This document shows positions 45,092 through 56,401 of a stretch of 64,000 bases of DNA, in pieces. Below the pieces are notes generated by a model. The model was not told the origin of the DNA and did no database searches. It saw only the letters and a list, made by a program, of their open reading frames with translations. Source of the stretch: a virus (taxonomy: Duplodnaviria; Heunggongvirae; Uroviricota; Caudoviricetes); the IMG/VR virus record IMGVR_UViG_3300005758_000043; one strand, written 5' to 3'. The translations under genes were made by a program, and so were the position numbers. Every line of letters starts with the position of its first letter. Within the stretch, counting starts at the first letter, position 1.

Positions 45092-47428
45092 ATGGGACAA
45101 GGACAAGACAAGATTGCCGCAAGCTTATTAGACTTACAGCCTACAGCTATTATAGAATTATTTTTGCTATATTTCAATACTGTTGATAAAGAAGGCGTTT
45201 ATATTGCATTTCATGGCGGATCTATTTTTTCTAAAAGCGTAAAATGGCAAGGAATTGAATATTTGCCTGTTCCAGTCGAATCTGAAGGTTTTGAGGTGAA
45301 CGCCAATGGCCAAATGGCTCGCCCAAAAATTAGAATCTCTAATAAGGATTATTTCATGACTGATTTATTATTAAACAATCATGATTTGCAATTTGCGAAA
45401 ATTATACGCAAAAGAACTTTTGTTAAATATTTAGACGATGTAAACTTCGACGGAGGTAATCCTTGGGGTCAAGCAGATTCAACAGCCGAAATCAGCAATG
45501 ATACTTTTGTTGTAAGTCAGAAGACGGCGGAAAATAAAGTATTTGTTGAGCTAGAATTAACATCACCACTCGATTTAGACAATTTCGATATTAATAATCG
45601 CTTAATTTTATCTCGCTATTGTTCATGGTATTATCGCGGCAATGGATGCCGATACGCTGGCCCTCCAATCGAAACCGAAGATGGAAGAAAAATAAATTAC
45701 AGCGGATTATGGCACCAAACGCAAAAATGGCAAACTGGCAAATCATTTAATAGTGGAGATTTAACTTATATCGAAAATCCTAAAATTATTGTAGATAATT
45801 CTCCAGTAAAAATTTGGTATGTATCTCAAACAGGTCATATTTCATCAAATCAGAATCAACCTGGTGCTAATGAAACATATTGGATGCGAGATGGGTGCAA
45901 TAAAAAACTTGATGGCTGTAAAAAAAGATTTCAGAATTCTTTTATATGGACAGCTAATGTAACTCCCCAATCTATTTCTAATAACTATTTAAGCTTCGCT
46001 CATAAGAATGGATTTAATGGATACAATAATATTGCCCCTTTAGCGTCGGCAACTGCATCTAGCTACTTATCGGACGAATATTTGCCATCTAATGCAATCA
46101 ATTGCAAAACTGGAGGCTCCTATTATTGGGCTAGCGATAGCATTGCTGCTCCCGATCCTTGGATAAATTTAGAATGGAGTTCTGCTAAAACTATCAATAG
46201 AATTGATTTGTATGATAGATCAGAAACTTCTACAAACTTTAACGCTGCTTATATTTCATTTTATAGTGGATTGAATCTTGTCGCGTCTGGTGTTCTATCA
46301 GGCATTCCTACTGATGGTTCTAAAATTACTTCTGGATTTGCTCCTAGAACTGTAACTTCGATCAAAATTAGTGGTAGTGGATGCAATGGATATTATCCAG
46401 GATTATCAGAAATTTGTGTATTTGAACCTACTGGCCTTGGACTATATAGTGATAACTTTTTAAGTGATAATATTTGCTCAAAAGATTATTGGCAAATCTC
46501 TAGTTGGATTCAATTTCCAAGTGGCATTTCGAAATCAAAACAGCCATTCAATGTATTGCATAATGTCAAATCAAATTGCCAATACAGCGGTATCAATTTA
46601 TATGTTTCTGGGGCTGGGTCAAATCAAGAATTAGTTTTAAATTTTGCTACAGCTAGCCTAACTGGAACATTTTTAGCAACAGGATATGCTGTAACTCCAA
46701 AACAACTATCAATAAAATGGTCTGCTCAAAATATGGCTCCATTTCATATTATTTGTTCGGGCGGAACTTCTACTGGGTCACAACCAACATCATTTACAAA
46801 CGGATTTATTTCTTTATCTGGCGCAGACCAAATAAGAACTTTTTCTCTTGCGCCTCCTAGTGGGAAAATCAAAGGATCAATTGTTTCGGGAGAATTCTTT
46901 GTTTTTAAAAATTCTTCATTCGATAATGGAATGAGTGATTTAAAATTTGGCATTAATGACTGGCAATTTTCCGAATCTCTTTCTACTCCAAGTTTAAACG
47001 ATGGAACACCAGAATCAAATCTAAAAGTAACTAGTAATATAGTTTTTGGATCGACTGCAATATGGACTGGGAGTTTGGCTTATGATCGAAGCGCGTTCTT
47101 TGAAAGAAAAGATGATGCAAGTGATTTTACAAATGCCGCTAATATTGGATTAAAACCTAGAAAATACAGCGAATTATTTGATAGACATAAAAGCGGATTG
47201 TATGCTTGGTGGGATATGGACTTATCAAATACCTCTCCATATAAAGTTACTGGATCAAATAACTCCTCTAAGACTTTAACATTGAGCGGATCATATACAA
47301 ATAGTATGGATGTTTTAGATACAGTTATTTATTATCAAAACAATAATACTGGAGCAGATTCTCCAAGAAGCTCTTTTTCTTATTTGCCTTTTGGAGGATT
47401 TCCTGGAACTGAAAAATATGGAAGATAA
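45092..47428 (+). CDS. Tail-tip/baseplate protein (lambda gpL-like N-terminus) with discoidin-like carbohydrate-binding domain
   Basis: The N-terminal QPTAIIELF region is typical of minor tail protein L-like proteins. A central F5/8 type C-like segment follows (NAINCKTGGSYYWASD ... WINLEWS). It is first gene of the plus-strand operon, behind the TTGAAA-N17-TATAAT promoter. Confidence 0.45.
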   Translation: MGQGQDKIAASLLDLQPTAIIELFLLYFNTVDKEGVYIAFHGGSIFSKSVKWQGIEYLPVPVESEGFEVNANGQMARPKIRISNKDYFMTDLLLNNHDLQFAKIIRKRTFVKYLDDVNFDGGNPWGQADSTAEISNDTFVVSQKTAENKVFVELELTSPLDLDNFDINNRLILSRYCSWYYRGNGCRYAGPPIETEDGRKINYSGLWHQTQKWQTGKSFNSGDLTYIENPKIIVDNSPVKIWYVSQTGHISSNQNQPGANETYWMRDGCNKKLDGCKKRFQNSFIWTANVTPQSISNNYLSFAHKNGFNGYNNIAPLASATASSYLSDEYLPSNAINCKTGGSYYWASDSIAAPDPWINLEWSSAKTINRIDLYDRSETSTNFNAAYISFYSGLNLVASGVLSGIPTDGSKITSGFAPRTVTSIKISGSGCNGYYPGLSEICVFEPTGLGLYSDNFLSDNICSKDYWQISSWIQFPSGISKSKQPFNVLHNVKSNCQYSGINLYVSGAGSNQELVLNFATASLTGTFLATGYAVTPKQLSIKWSAQNMAPFHIICSGGTSTGSQPTSFTNGFISLSGADQIRTFSLAPPSGKIKGSIVSGEFFVFKNSSFDNGMSDLKFGINDWQFSESLSTPSLNDGTPESNLKVTSNIVFGSTAIWTGSLAYDRSAFFERKDDASDFTNAANIGLKPRKYSELFDRHKSGLYAWWDMDLSNTSPYKVTGSNNSSKTLTLSGSYTNSMDVLDTVIYYQNNNTGADSPRSSFSYLPFGGFPGTEKYGR

Positions 47429-47828
47429 AATCGTATCTAAATCTATTGGTGAAATAAAAGATTTCATCATCAATCATTCTATGCGCAATTTCAATAATGA
47501 AATTTGTGGATTCATCGGGTTTGATAAAAAGCAGGAAAATTTTATAGCGACTATTGAAAAAAATGAATCTTCTGACCCTCGTTCTTTTTTTGTTATCAAT
47601 CCAGCGAATTATTTAAAATTCAAAAATCAATATTCTTTATTGGGAGTTTTTCATAGTCATGTTGTAGGTGATGAAAATCCATCTGAATTTGATATTAAAA
47701 TGTCCGAAGCTGCATGCCTATCATTTATTATTTTTTCAATTAATTCTCGCAAATTTTATGTTTATGATCCTAAAAACAAAGATTATGATGTAAAGATATT
47801 AACAAGGATAAAGGATAAGATTTTATGA
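47391..47828 (+). CDS. JAB/MPN (JAMM) domain tail assembly protein, lambda gpK-like
   Basis: JAMM motif HSHVVGDENPSEFD (H-x-H-x7-S-x2-D). Confidence 0.6.
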   Translation: MEDFLELKNMEDKIVSKSIGEIKDFIINHSMRNFNNEICGFIGFDKKQENFIATIEKNESSDPRSFFVINPANYLKFKNQYSLLGVFHSHVVGDENPSEFDIKMSEAACLSFIIFSINSRKFYVYDPKNKDYDVKILTRIKDKIL

Positions 47829-48481
47829 CATTAGTTAATTTACATGGCATTCTTGCTCAAGAATTTCAAAACTCTATGTTTTTTGAAATTAAAAAGCCAA
47901 AAGAAATTTTGGAGGCTATTAGTTCCAAATTTAATTCATTTAGAAAAAGAATGAACGAATTATCTGAACAAGGAATACATTATGGTATTTTAGTTAATGG
48001 CGAAAAAATGGAGCATATCGAACAATTGGACGTATGCAATAGCCCCGAACAAATAGATTTAGTTCCTATTATTTGTGGAAGTGGCGCGGTGGCTTTAGCG
48101 GTAGTCGGCACAGGATTAGCTTACGCAGGAACTACTGGAGCTATTTTAGGATTTTCACTTGGAACGGCTGCTAGTTTTGTTTCTAGCCTTGGGATGATGA
48201 TGATAAGCATGGCCCTCCAAATGATGCTTGCTCCAAAGCCTGATAATAAACCTACAGAAGCAACTATTAGCGGAGCTAAACAATCGTTTTTAATAAGCTC
48301 AAAAGCCAATTTAGCAGAACAAGGAAGTCCTGTTCCAGTTGGATATGGAAGATTACGAGCGGGATCAAATGTAATCCAAACCACAATAAAATCTTATCCT
48401 CAAAGATACGATACAAAAGATGCTCTCGTCGGCTCCAAGAATAATAAAGCAGCATTAATAACAAATACCAAGGGTTCATGA
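47825..48481 (+). CDS. Tail assembly protein I-like
   Basis: Size, position after the JAB protein, and a Gly/Ala-rich hydrophobic C-terminal half, as in lambda gpI. Confidence 0.45.
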   Translation: MTLVNLHGILAQEFQNSMFFEIKKPKEILEAISSKFNSFRKRMNELSEQGIHYGILVNGEKMEHIEQLDVCNSPEQIDLVPIICGSGAVALAVVGTGLAYAGTTGAILGFSLGTAASFVSSLGMMMISMALQMMLAPKPDNKPTEATISGAKQSFLISSKANLAEQGSPVPVGYGRLRAGSNVIQTTIKSYPQRYDTKDALVGSKNNKAALITNTKGS

Positions 48482-51400
48482 AACACATATTTAATAAAAA
48501 AATCTTACAAGGTGGTGGCAAAAGCAAGCCAAAACCACAACCAGCAGTTTTAAGACCACCTGAAATTGGTAATTTTCAAGTTCTTAATTCTTATAGCGTA
48601 GTAGAAATTGTTGATTTGATTTCAGATGGACCTATTGAAGGATTAGTTAATCAAAATGGACAAGTTTTAGGTGCTGGCAAAAGTGTTTTACAAGGCGTTT
48701 ATTTAGACAATACTCCAATCCAAGTAACGGATAAAAATTCTGAACAGCCGCCAAATACAGACAAAATTTTTGATATTAATATTGATAGCTTACTGAATCA
48801 ATTAGGGTCTAGATTTTACGATACTGATAAAGAGTCGTATAAATATTATCAATTTTCACCTCCTAATGGATGGACTCCTAAAATGAATTTGAGAGCGCAG
48901 CAATCTAACTTGCTGATGTCTAAATATGTTCAAAAAGGAAGTAATAATTATTTTTATTCTTCTTTAACCGAAAAAAGTATCGGCCTTAGCGGTAAAGGAT
49001 GGCAATGGATAGGAGATAAAAACAATCTATCTAAATTGTCTTATTTTTCATCGACAGATGTTAATGTTCCTGTAGAGATACACTATAGAAAAGACTCTTT
49101 ATTTGCTTCGGGAACAATACTAAATCAGTTTTCTTCAGAATTATCTACAGAAATAAATTCTTCCGTAAATAATATTTTACAAAGAGATATTTGTTCTAAA
49201 GCTCAAGTAAATTTAGAAAATTTCAAATCACAATATTTTAATTCTCGCGACAGCTCATTTAATTGGAAATCGAAAAATGATGTATTCTTAGTTATTAAAC
49301 TAGGTTCTTCATCCAATAAGAAAACAGTTAATTGGGGGCAGGCATCTTCATATGCAGCGGAAACTGCGAACGATAAAAAATTAAGTAATACTTTTTTTAA
49401 CTTAGGAGATTTTGAAAAATCATTTGCATCTTCCAATATACAAGAATTTCTAGTTCCATATGTTGATTTGGCAACTAAAAATTATAAAAATCAAATATTT
49501 GGATGTTTGGTATTCAAGTTGAATGCGTATTCAAGTTATTACATAAATCCTAGCGATCCTAGCGAGCAATATTATAAAATATATCTAGACAACACTATAC
49601 CATTTGCTAAATCAGGAACAAATTTAAACTTATACAAAGGAATAGAGCCAAATAGTTCGTCAAAAACAAGTAAATACAATTTCTTGAATATTTCTTGTGA
49701 ATTTAAAGATGGAGACGAGCAGCAAGAACCTCTTGAACATTTCAAAAATATTTTTGTAGATCATGATTATAACACTAAATTGTTAGGCCCATTTAAAACA
49801 GCGTTTCAAGTGCAAAGAATCACTGATTTAAAAGCTGGAGATACAAGCAAGGCTAATTTAAATATACCGCTTGCAGACGCAATCAACTCAGAAGCAGAAG
49901 GCTCTCTTGATACTAGGGCTATTTTATTAGGCAAACAAGGAGGAACTCAAAATCAAGACTACTCTGATTGGAATGCTAAAAACTCTATTGATGAAGATGC
50001 AACAGCGGTAACTCATACTATTGAAAATCCAAATGTTAACGCTGTTTATTTAACGCTTGGCCTTTCGGCGCTGAGTGATACAGTTGAAATTGACAAACCA
50101 GCTTCCTTTACCTCTGACAATAAACCTGTTAAAGCAGGATCAAAAATACCATCTATTGTCAATATTAAAGTTGAATATGGAAAGATTACTAATGGACAAA
50201 TTGATGAAACCACTAAAACAATTAGAGTATTTTCGATTTTGGCTTTGGTAGAAGGGCAAATGTTAATTGATTTAGGATGTCCAGATTCTAAAATATCATC
50301 TGATTTAAAATCAACAGTAAAAGAATTCGATTCTTCCAATAATGCTTTGCAAGAAATCGGAGAAGACGTTTTATTTAAATTGCCCGCTCTTCAAGAAGGC
50401 GAAAACTCTACTTCTACTAAAAGATATTTAAAAGTAACTAAACTATCCGCAGAAACAAACTCTATCTTAATCAACAAGGAAGTTTATTTGAATAAAGTTA
50501 CCGAAATTATTCAAAATGATTTATCATATCCTTTTTCTTCATTAGTAGGAGTAAAAATTGACGCCAGATCTTTTTCATCCGTTCCAGAAAGAAGTTACGA
50601 CTGTAGATTAAAGAAAATTCAAATACCCAAAAACTACAATCCATTAAATATCGACGGTTCAGATAAAAGGTATATTTCTAAATCAACAGATTATAATGGA
50701 GATAGTAAAATTTACGAAGGAGATTGGGACGGTCAATTTAAAGAAGGCTGGACAGATAATCCTGCATGGATCATATACGATCTCTTGACAAGCAAAAGAT
50801 ACGGTTTAGGCTCTTATATAGACGCTTCACAAATTAATAAATGGGAGCTTTATAAAATTGCTCGTTTTTGTGATGCAGTTGACGATGACGGATTTTTTGT
50901 TGGAGTCTCTGATGGAGTAGGAGGATTAGAGCCTCGATATTCATGCAATATCATTTTCAGAGAACAAACTAAAATATTTGATGCTATTAATGTCGTAGCT
51001 AGTCTTTTCAGAGGAATAGTATTTTTCAGTAACTCAGAAATTCACTTTTTAGATGATAGACCAAGAACTCCTATTGCTATTTTTACAAATAGCAATGTAA
51101 AAGATGGAGCGTTCAATTATACCAATATGCGCAGAGATCAGCAGTTTAATACTGTAGAAGTGGCATATTTAGATAGATTTGATAACTATCAAAGTAAAAT
51201 TGAATACGTCCAAGATGAATCAGATATTAGAAAAAGAGGAATATTCAAAACAACAATAAATACTTTAGGAGTTACATCAAGAGCTATGGCCCGCAGAATA
51301 GGCCAGCATATCATTTATCAAACCATTAAAGAAAATCAAACGATTGAGTTTTTAGCTGGTTTGGAATCTTTATTGTGCCGACCTGGTGATCTAATCATAG

Positions 51401-52704
51401 TAGAAGATGAATTGAAGACAAGACAAGTAAATTATGGTCGAATTCTAGATATTAATTTGCCGCAAAAATATTTAACTATTGATAATTCATTCATATCAGG
51501 ATCTTTTGATAATACAATTACTGTATATACGCCAACTGGATATTCAACAAATAAAGAACTAAATGATTTAAGCAATATTCAAAGAAATAGAACTGATTAT
51601 TTTGACATCACAACTGGATTAATCAATTCAAGCTATAATTATTTGACAGGAAGATACTACTTTTCTGGATATGCGGATAAAATAATCAATGTAGATTATC
51701 CTTCTGGAATTCAATATCCTATATATACTGGCAAAAACTATTCTAATAATCAAAATCTGTATTGCTACTATTCAACAGGAGCCACTGGATTTATTTTCTC
51801 AACTGGGAAAATCTATCAAAATAATACACTGTATGATAAAATTATTACCCAAACTGGAATGTTAGATATTTTTAATGTAGTCGATGAATCGTCTTTATTC
51901 TCTACTGGGTTTGTTTATTCATCAGTTGGAAATTACAGATCAGCGCCTTCAGGCTCTATTTCAGGCTCTTTCAAATTTGATCAGAGCGAAGGTTACAAAG
52001 GGGCGCTTTCATCAGAAATTGAACAGTTGAATCATTCTCAAATTACCAAATTTGCGCTTACTGGCTATACCAATTTAGATTTTGGCTCGAAAGTGTATAT
52101 TGACCAAAATGATATTAATGCAAATTTAGTTTCTAAAATTGCTCTCGGAAGTCCATATAGATTAGAAAGAAAAAATGCAACCGATCAAATCTATAAGATA
52201 ATTTCAATCCGCGAACAAAATCAAAACGAATATACTGTAGTCGCTAGCAAATATAATACAGGAAAGTTTGAAGAAATTGAAAACTTTATTGCCGAAGATT
52301 TTCTTCCTAATACTTATTCTTCATCCCCAACGATCATCAACAATGTCGAAGTAAAAGAATTAGCCGCTCCAAATATTTTATCTTTTTCAGGAACCAATTT
52401 AACTTCAACTGGATTCTCATTGACTGCATCGTGGGAGAATCCAATTGGATTAACTGGAACTCAAATTAAATTTTATAATACTATTTCGAGTGAATATTAT
52501 TCTGATATAGTCAACTCATCGACAAGTAATTATTTGCTAACAGGTCTTTCTTCATTAGGGCAATGGAAATTAAACCTAATTAGCTTAGGCGACGGAAGCT
52601 ATTATTTGAATTCTATTCCAAAAGAAACAGGCGCTTTTGTAGCTTACTCTGGTCAATTAACTTCAATTGACAAACCTATTGTTTCTAACTTTTCAATTAT
52701 TTAA
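48478..52704 (+). CDS. Host-specificity / central tail fibre protein (lambda gpJ-like)
   Basis: 1408 aa immediately after the L-K-I homologues; large beta-rich protein. Confidence 0.55.
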   Translation: MKHIFNKKILQGGGKSKPKPQPAVLRPPEIGNFQVLNSYSVVEIVDLISDGPIEGLVNQNGQVLGAGKSVLQGVYLDNTPIQVTDKNSEQPPNTDKIFDINIDSLLNQLGSRFYDTDKESYKYYQFSPPNGWTPKMNLRAQQSNLLMSKYVQKGSNNYFYSSLTEKSIGLSGKGWQWIGDKNNLSKLSYFSSTDVNVPVEIHYRKDSLFASGTILNQFSSELSTEINSSVNNILQRDICSKAQVNLENFKSQYFNSRDSSFNWKSKNDVFLVIKLGSSSNKKTVNWGQASSYAAETANDKKLSNTFFNLGDFEKSFASSNIQEFLVPYVDLATKNYKNQIFGCLVFKLNAYSSYYINPSDPSEQYYKIYLDNTIPFAKSGTNLNLYKGIEPNSSSKTSKYNFLNISCEFKDGDEQQEPLEHFKNIFVDHDYNTKLLGPFKTAFQVQRITDLKAGDTSKANLNIPLADAINSEAEGSLDTRAILLGKQGGTQNQDYSDWNAKNSIDEDATAVTHTIENPNVNAVYLTLGLSALSDTVEIDKPASFTSDNKPVKAGSKIPSIVNIKVEYGKITNGQIDETTKTIRVFSILALVEGQMLIDLGCPDSKISSDLKSTVKEFDSSNNALQEIGEDVLFKLPALQEGENSTSTKRYLKVTKLSAETNSILINKEVYLNKVTEIIQNDLSYPFSSLVGVKIDARSFSSVPERSYDCRLKKIQIPKNYNPLNIDGSDKRYISKSTDYNGDSKIYEGDWDGQFKEGWTDNPAWIIYDLLTSKRYGLGSYIDASQINKWELYKIARFCDAVDDDGFFVGVSDGVGGLEPRYSCNIIFREQTKIFDAINVVASLFRGIVFFSNSEIHFLDDRPRTPIAIFTNSNVKDGAFNYTNMRRDQQFNTVEVAYLDRFDNYQSKIEYVQDESDIRKRGIFKTTINTLGVTSRAMARRIGQHIIYQTIKENQTIEFLAGLESLLCRPGDLIIVEDELKTRQVNYGRILDINLPQKYLTIDNSFISGSFDNTITVYTPTGYSTNKELNDLSNIQRNRTDYFDITTGLINSSYNYLTGRYYFSGYADKIINVDYPSGIQYPIYTGKNYSNNQNLYCYYSTGATGFIFSTGKIYQNNTLYDKIITQTGMLDIFNVVDESSLFSTGFVYSSVGNYRSAPSGSISGSFKFDQSEGYKGALSSEIEQLNHSQITKFALTGYTNLDFGSKVYIDQNDINANLVSKIALGSPYRLERKNATDQIYKIISIREQNQNEYTVVASKYNTGKFEEIENFIAEDFLPNTYSSSPTIINNVEVKELAAPNILSFSGTNLTSTGFSLTASWENPIGLTGTQIKFYNTISSEYYSDIVNSSTSNYLLTGLSSLGQWKLNLISLGDGSYYLNSIPKETGAFVAYSGQLTSIDKPIVSNFSII

Positions 52705-52707
52705 ATT

Positions 52708-53838
52708 ATGTATGAATTTGATACCTATTTCAATCTAAATACTGGCGATCTTAATAATGTGTTTTCTGGTAGTGGAGTGCATCTTGAAAAAGATGTAACA
52801 TTATCATTTTCTTTATTAGATCACCAGCTTAATGCCGTAGAAAATGATCAACAACTCATTGAAAATCCTTTGATTAATAATTTATCTTTTGATATTTTAG
52901 ATATAAGCGGCAATTTAGTATTCCCAAATTATCTTTCTGGTGGAACAAGTAGATCTTTTTATTTTTCAGAAACAACGAATAGAAGTGTTTTTGGAGCTTA
53001 TACCAAAGATTTTGGAGTGCGTTTAAAAATATCTAATTTTTTAGATAATAAAATATTTACTGGAGAATTTTATGTTTATGGAAATGTTCCTTCTATAAAT
53101 GAGCCAGAATGTGTTGTATCTGATGGACAAGAGCCTTCTGGGTCAGATTCATCTGCTACTCAAGTATTTGACGAGATTGTTGTTGACTTAAAATTCGATA
53201 ATAATTTTAAATATGTAAATTTTGAAAGATATGATATTTACGCTTCTACTGGAGATAACATTATTCTGTATGAAGATGCATCTATTCCTCCAAAAACAAA
53301 TATTGATTTTTTATATTCCCAGAATATTCAGAATTTTGATAATCTTTTGTCCTTAAGAATTAAACCGTTTGGCCTTAATTATGATACTCCATATTATTTC
53401 AAAATTGTTCCATATTCATCATTAGGATCTGGCAAAGCTTTGTCCTTTGGCCCAAAAATATTTGCGAAAGAAAATCCCGCTATACAAACATCTATAGTTT
53501 CTAGTAATCAATTTGAACTATTCGATGGCCTTGAATCAATGAATTTGGATTATAAAACTGGACAAATTATTGGATCAAGTGCTTATCCAATTGATTTTAT
53601 TGAAAGTGGATTATATCATACGCTAGCTTACACAGTCGAAGTTCAACAAGGTTCCGATTTTACTTCTTCAGAATTGAAATTAGTTTTGAATGAAACGGGC
53701 AATACTTTTGTTCAGAACGATATAAACAATATTGGCCAACTGACTTACTCAGTTGACCAATCTGGATTGTATTACGTCTTGAAAGTGGCAGGAGTTGATC
53801 CTACTGGGCTATACAAGATATATAAAACATCAATTTAA
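52708..53838 (+). CDS. structural protein (fibre/baseplate associated)
   Basis: 376 aa in the structural operon. Confidence 0.35.
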   Translation: MYEFDTYFNLNTGDLNNVFSGSGVHLEKDVTLSFSLLDHQLNAVENDQQLIENPLINNLSFDILDISGNLVFPNYLSGGTSRSFYFSETTNRSVFGAYTKDFGVRLKISNFLDNKIFTGEFYVYGNVPSINEPECVVSDGQEPSGSDSSATQVFDEIVVDLKFDNNFKYVNFERYDIYASTGDNIILYEDASIPPKTNIDFLYSQNIQNFDNLLSLRIKPFGLNYDTPYYFKIVPYSSLGSGKALSFGPKIFAKENPAIQTSIVSSNQFELFDGLESMNLDYKTGQIIGSSAYPIDFIESGLYHTLAYTVEVQQGSDFTSSELKLVLNETGNTFVQNDINNIGQLTYSVDQSGLYYVLKVAGVDPTGLYKIYKTSI

Positions 53839-53987
53839 TTCCATAATTTTCTTGAGAGATTCTAGGAATACTGGCTTTGCGTCTTTGGACAGCCTGCTAT
53901 AAACCTTTTTGGCTCTTCGGTAATTACGGCGACTAATTTTGTCGGTAGGAGGGATAATTTTGCGGATTTTTTTTGCAGTTTTGTTGT

Positions 53988-54446
53988 TCATAATTTTCCT
54001 ATATATGTAATGCAGTCTTCTAATAAACCGATTTTCTCATAAAATGATTTTACTTTTTCATGTTTTGGATGAGACTTGACAGTGGACATGCTGATAAATT
54101 TGAAGCCATTTTTTTTAGCAAAGCTTACTGCCTGTCTGAATAAGGCATATCCAACTTTTGGATTTTTAGATAGCCATAAATATTCAGAAAATATAAGCTC
54201 TCCAAACTTAACGCTTTTCTCATTAAAAAACATAATGCAAGAATCAAATTTTCCATCTTCCTTGTTAGCCCAAACAAATAAGTCCCAAGCTAATATAGAA
54301 GGATGGCCAAAGGCCGCTTTAATTGTTTCCGCGTTATGCTTTAACAATTTGTGGCCTTGGCTTTGATTCTCGTATTCAAAAAGAGAATCTAAATCGTCAA
54401 TCAATTCATTGAATTCGATTGGATTAGTTATTCTTTTGATGTTCAT
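53988..54446 (-). CDS. GNAT-family N-acetyltransferase (putative)
   Basis: 152 aa; AVSFAKKNGFK is a CoA-binding-like segment. Confidence 0.35.
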   Translation of the reverse strand: MNIKRITNPIEFNELIDDLDSLFEYENQSQGHKLLKHNAETIKAAFGHPSILAWDLFVWANKEDGKFDSCIMFFNEKSVKFGELIFSEYLWLSKNPKVGYALFRQAVSFAKKNGFKFISMSTVKSHPKHEKVKSFYEKIGLLEDCITYIGKL

Positions 54447-55251
54447 TCACTATCTTGAGCAAAACGCGAGAGGTTTTTGCCGAAATGTCTTTGAACTCTT
54501 TCCAATTCTTTGCTTCTTCAAGAAGCTCCAGCACAGGCTTGTCTTGTTCATCATTAGCTTTCTTCCAAAGCGTTCTAAGAAATGCCTTGAACTCTTCAAA
54601 GGATAGCAGCTTCAACTTCTCGTTGACGGCTTTTTCAAGGGTTCCTTGCGCACTAATTGGAAGAGCATTAGAGACAATCAAATCTCCAATATCTGCCACT
54701 CTGTTTTTTGATTTGTCGATTTCGTCGGCTCCCACAATATGAATATTTAAAAAGTTTCTAACGCAGCGAACAAATGCTCTATTGCATGCGATAGTTTCGA
54801 GGAATTTAATGCAAAAGTCGTCGGTATTATCAGCGGTAGCATTACCGACATCCTGATAAATCAATTCTTCATTATTTGTTTCGTAGTTTTTCGCCCATTG
54901 AATTTCACATTTCGCGACGACATAAGAAGGCGAAGGATGAGAAATATCGTAATTGACAGAAAGAAATCCTCTCAATTTGGCCAACTCCTTGAGTCCACCC
55001 AACATAATAAGCAATTGCTTATCATCGAGTCCTTCAATAGAATCTGGAACAGCCTTCTTGCGAATTTCAAACCAATCTTTATTCGCATAAAGAAACTCTG
55101 GCTTGATCATAGCCCTCCAATTAATTGAGCCGTCGTCGTTAAAAACATACGATACTGAATCAATTAACCCATATGAATTGCGCTTATATTTATCCATTGG
55201 TCTTTGAGGATAAGCGACTAAAGAATCCACTTTATTATTTTGTTCTTGCAT
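54424..55251 (-). CDS. hypothetical protein
   Basis: 275-aa ORF. Confidence 0.35.
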   Translation of the reverse strand: MQEQNNKVDSLVAYPQRPMDKYKRNSYGLIDSVSYVFNDDGSINWRAMIKPEFLYANKDWFEIRKKAVPDSIEGLDDKQLLIMLGGLKELAKLRGFLSVNYDISHPSPSYVVAKCEIQWAKNYETNNEELIYQDVGNATADNTDDFCIKFLETIACNRAFVRCVRNFLNIHIVGADEIDKSKNRVADIGDLIVSNALPISAQGTLEKAVNEKLKLLSFEEFKAFLRTLWKKANDEQDKPVLELLEEAKNWKEFKDISAKTSRVLLKIVNEHQKNN

Positions 55252-56401
55252 AAATATAAAAATGATTTAGCTCTTCTAAGAGCAACTCATTATCTTCTAA
55301 ATTGAAGTTTTTGTCAATAAGATTCTTTCTTTGCTGCCAGTGATATTTGCTAGGGTATGTTTTGCCGTTTGCAAAAATAATCTTTGAAGAATTAAAGTAT
55401 AGCTTAGAAAAATCTTTACAATCTTCAGGCAACATATTTTTATTTGATTTAAAATATAAATGCACAGAATGATCAAAAAACTTTTCTCTGATTTTTGGAA
55501 GATCTGATTCATTTTCCACTAATAAAGTAACTGATATATTCAAAGACGACAATTGTTCTAAATATTCTTCTGACACAGGAGAATCCTCAGAGACAATAAA
55601 AGAAATACTTTTAATTTTATTGGCAAATGAACGGCAAAACTGCAAAGGAAGGAGTTGCTTCGAAAAAATCGAGTAAGTATTCAAGAAATTGCACCAGTTG
55701 GAAAAACAATTCGAATCATATTCATAATCCAATCGAATAAACACAATTTGATTTTTTAATTCTTCAATAGGCTGAAAAAAATTTGGAATCAATTCTGTGA
55801 CTTTATTAGAGTAGTAATCTCCAATGAATTTTGTTTCCAAAGGAATCTCTGCGTGAATAGAAAGCTGTTTTAGTATTGCAGAAGCAATTGTTTCGGGTTT
55901 GATTTTATTGATGGAATCATTAGAATCTGCCGCATTTAAACTTGGCTTTACTTTCCATGGAGCTTCAATATTTATAGATTTTTTACTCCAATAACCTTTT
56001 GAGACATTAGCGTAAACATTTCCGAAAATATTAACTAACGGGATATCAATAGAGCTTGCATAATGAGAGAAAATGTTATCTACGCCAATATGAAGTTTTG
56101 ATTTTGAAATGATATATGCTGCATTTTTAAAATTCAAATCCAAAATTCTTGCATCTACATTATTTAATTTTGGGCTTTTAGAAGATCCTATTTGGAGTAT
56201 TTTGATATCCTGTTTATTTAAAAATCCCCTGATCATATCTATTACGATTTCGTAATATTTATAGCTTTTTGATGGAGATTGATCTTCTAAACAAATAGTG
56301 ATATAATTATCATAAATCAAAGGCCAAAAATGTTTTGACACCATTGGTTTAGAAATTTTTACTCCAAGATTTTTTGCGTATTCTTCGATTAAATGGCTCA
56401 T
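55235..56401 (-). CDS. putative glycosyltransferase (GT9/heptosyltransferase-like fold)
   Basis: 388 aa with two Rossmann-like halves; weak evidence. Confidence 0.3.
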   Translation of the reverse strand: MSHLIEEYAKNLGVKISKPMVSKHFWPLIYDNYITICLEDQSPSKSYKYYEIVIDMIRGFLNKQDIKILQIGSSKSPKLNNVDARILDLNFKNAAYIISKSKLHIGVDNIFSHYASSIDIPLVNIFGNVYANVSKGYWSKKSINIEAPWKVKPSLNAADSNDSINKIKPETIASAILKQLSIHAEIPLETKFIGDYYSNKVTELIPNFFQPIEELKNQIVFIRLDYEYDSNCFSNWCNFLNTYSIFSKQLLPLQFCRSFANKIKSISFIVSEDSPVSEEYLEQLSSLNISVTLLVENESDLPKIREKFFDHSVHLYFKSNKNMLPEDCKDFSKLYFNSSKIIFANGKTYPSKYHWQQRKNLIDKNFNLEDNELLLEELNHFYIYARTK

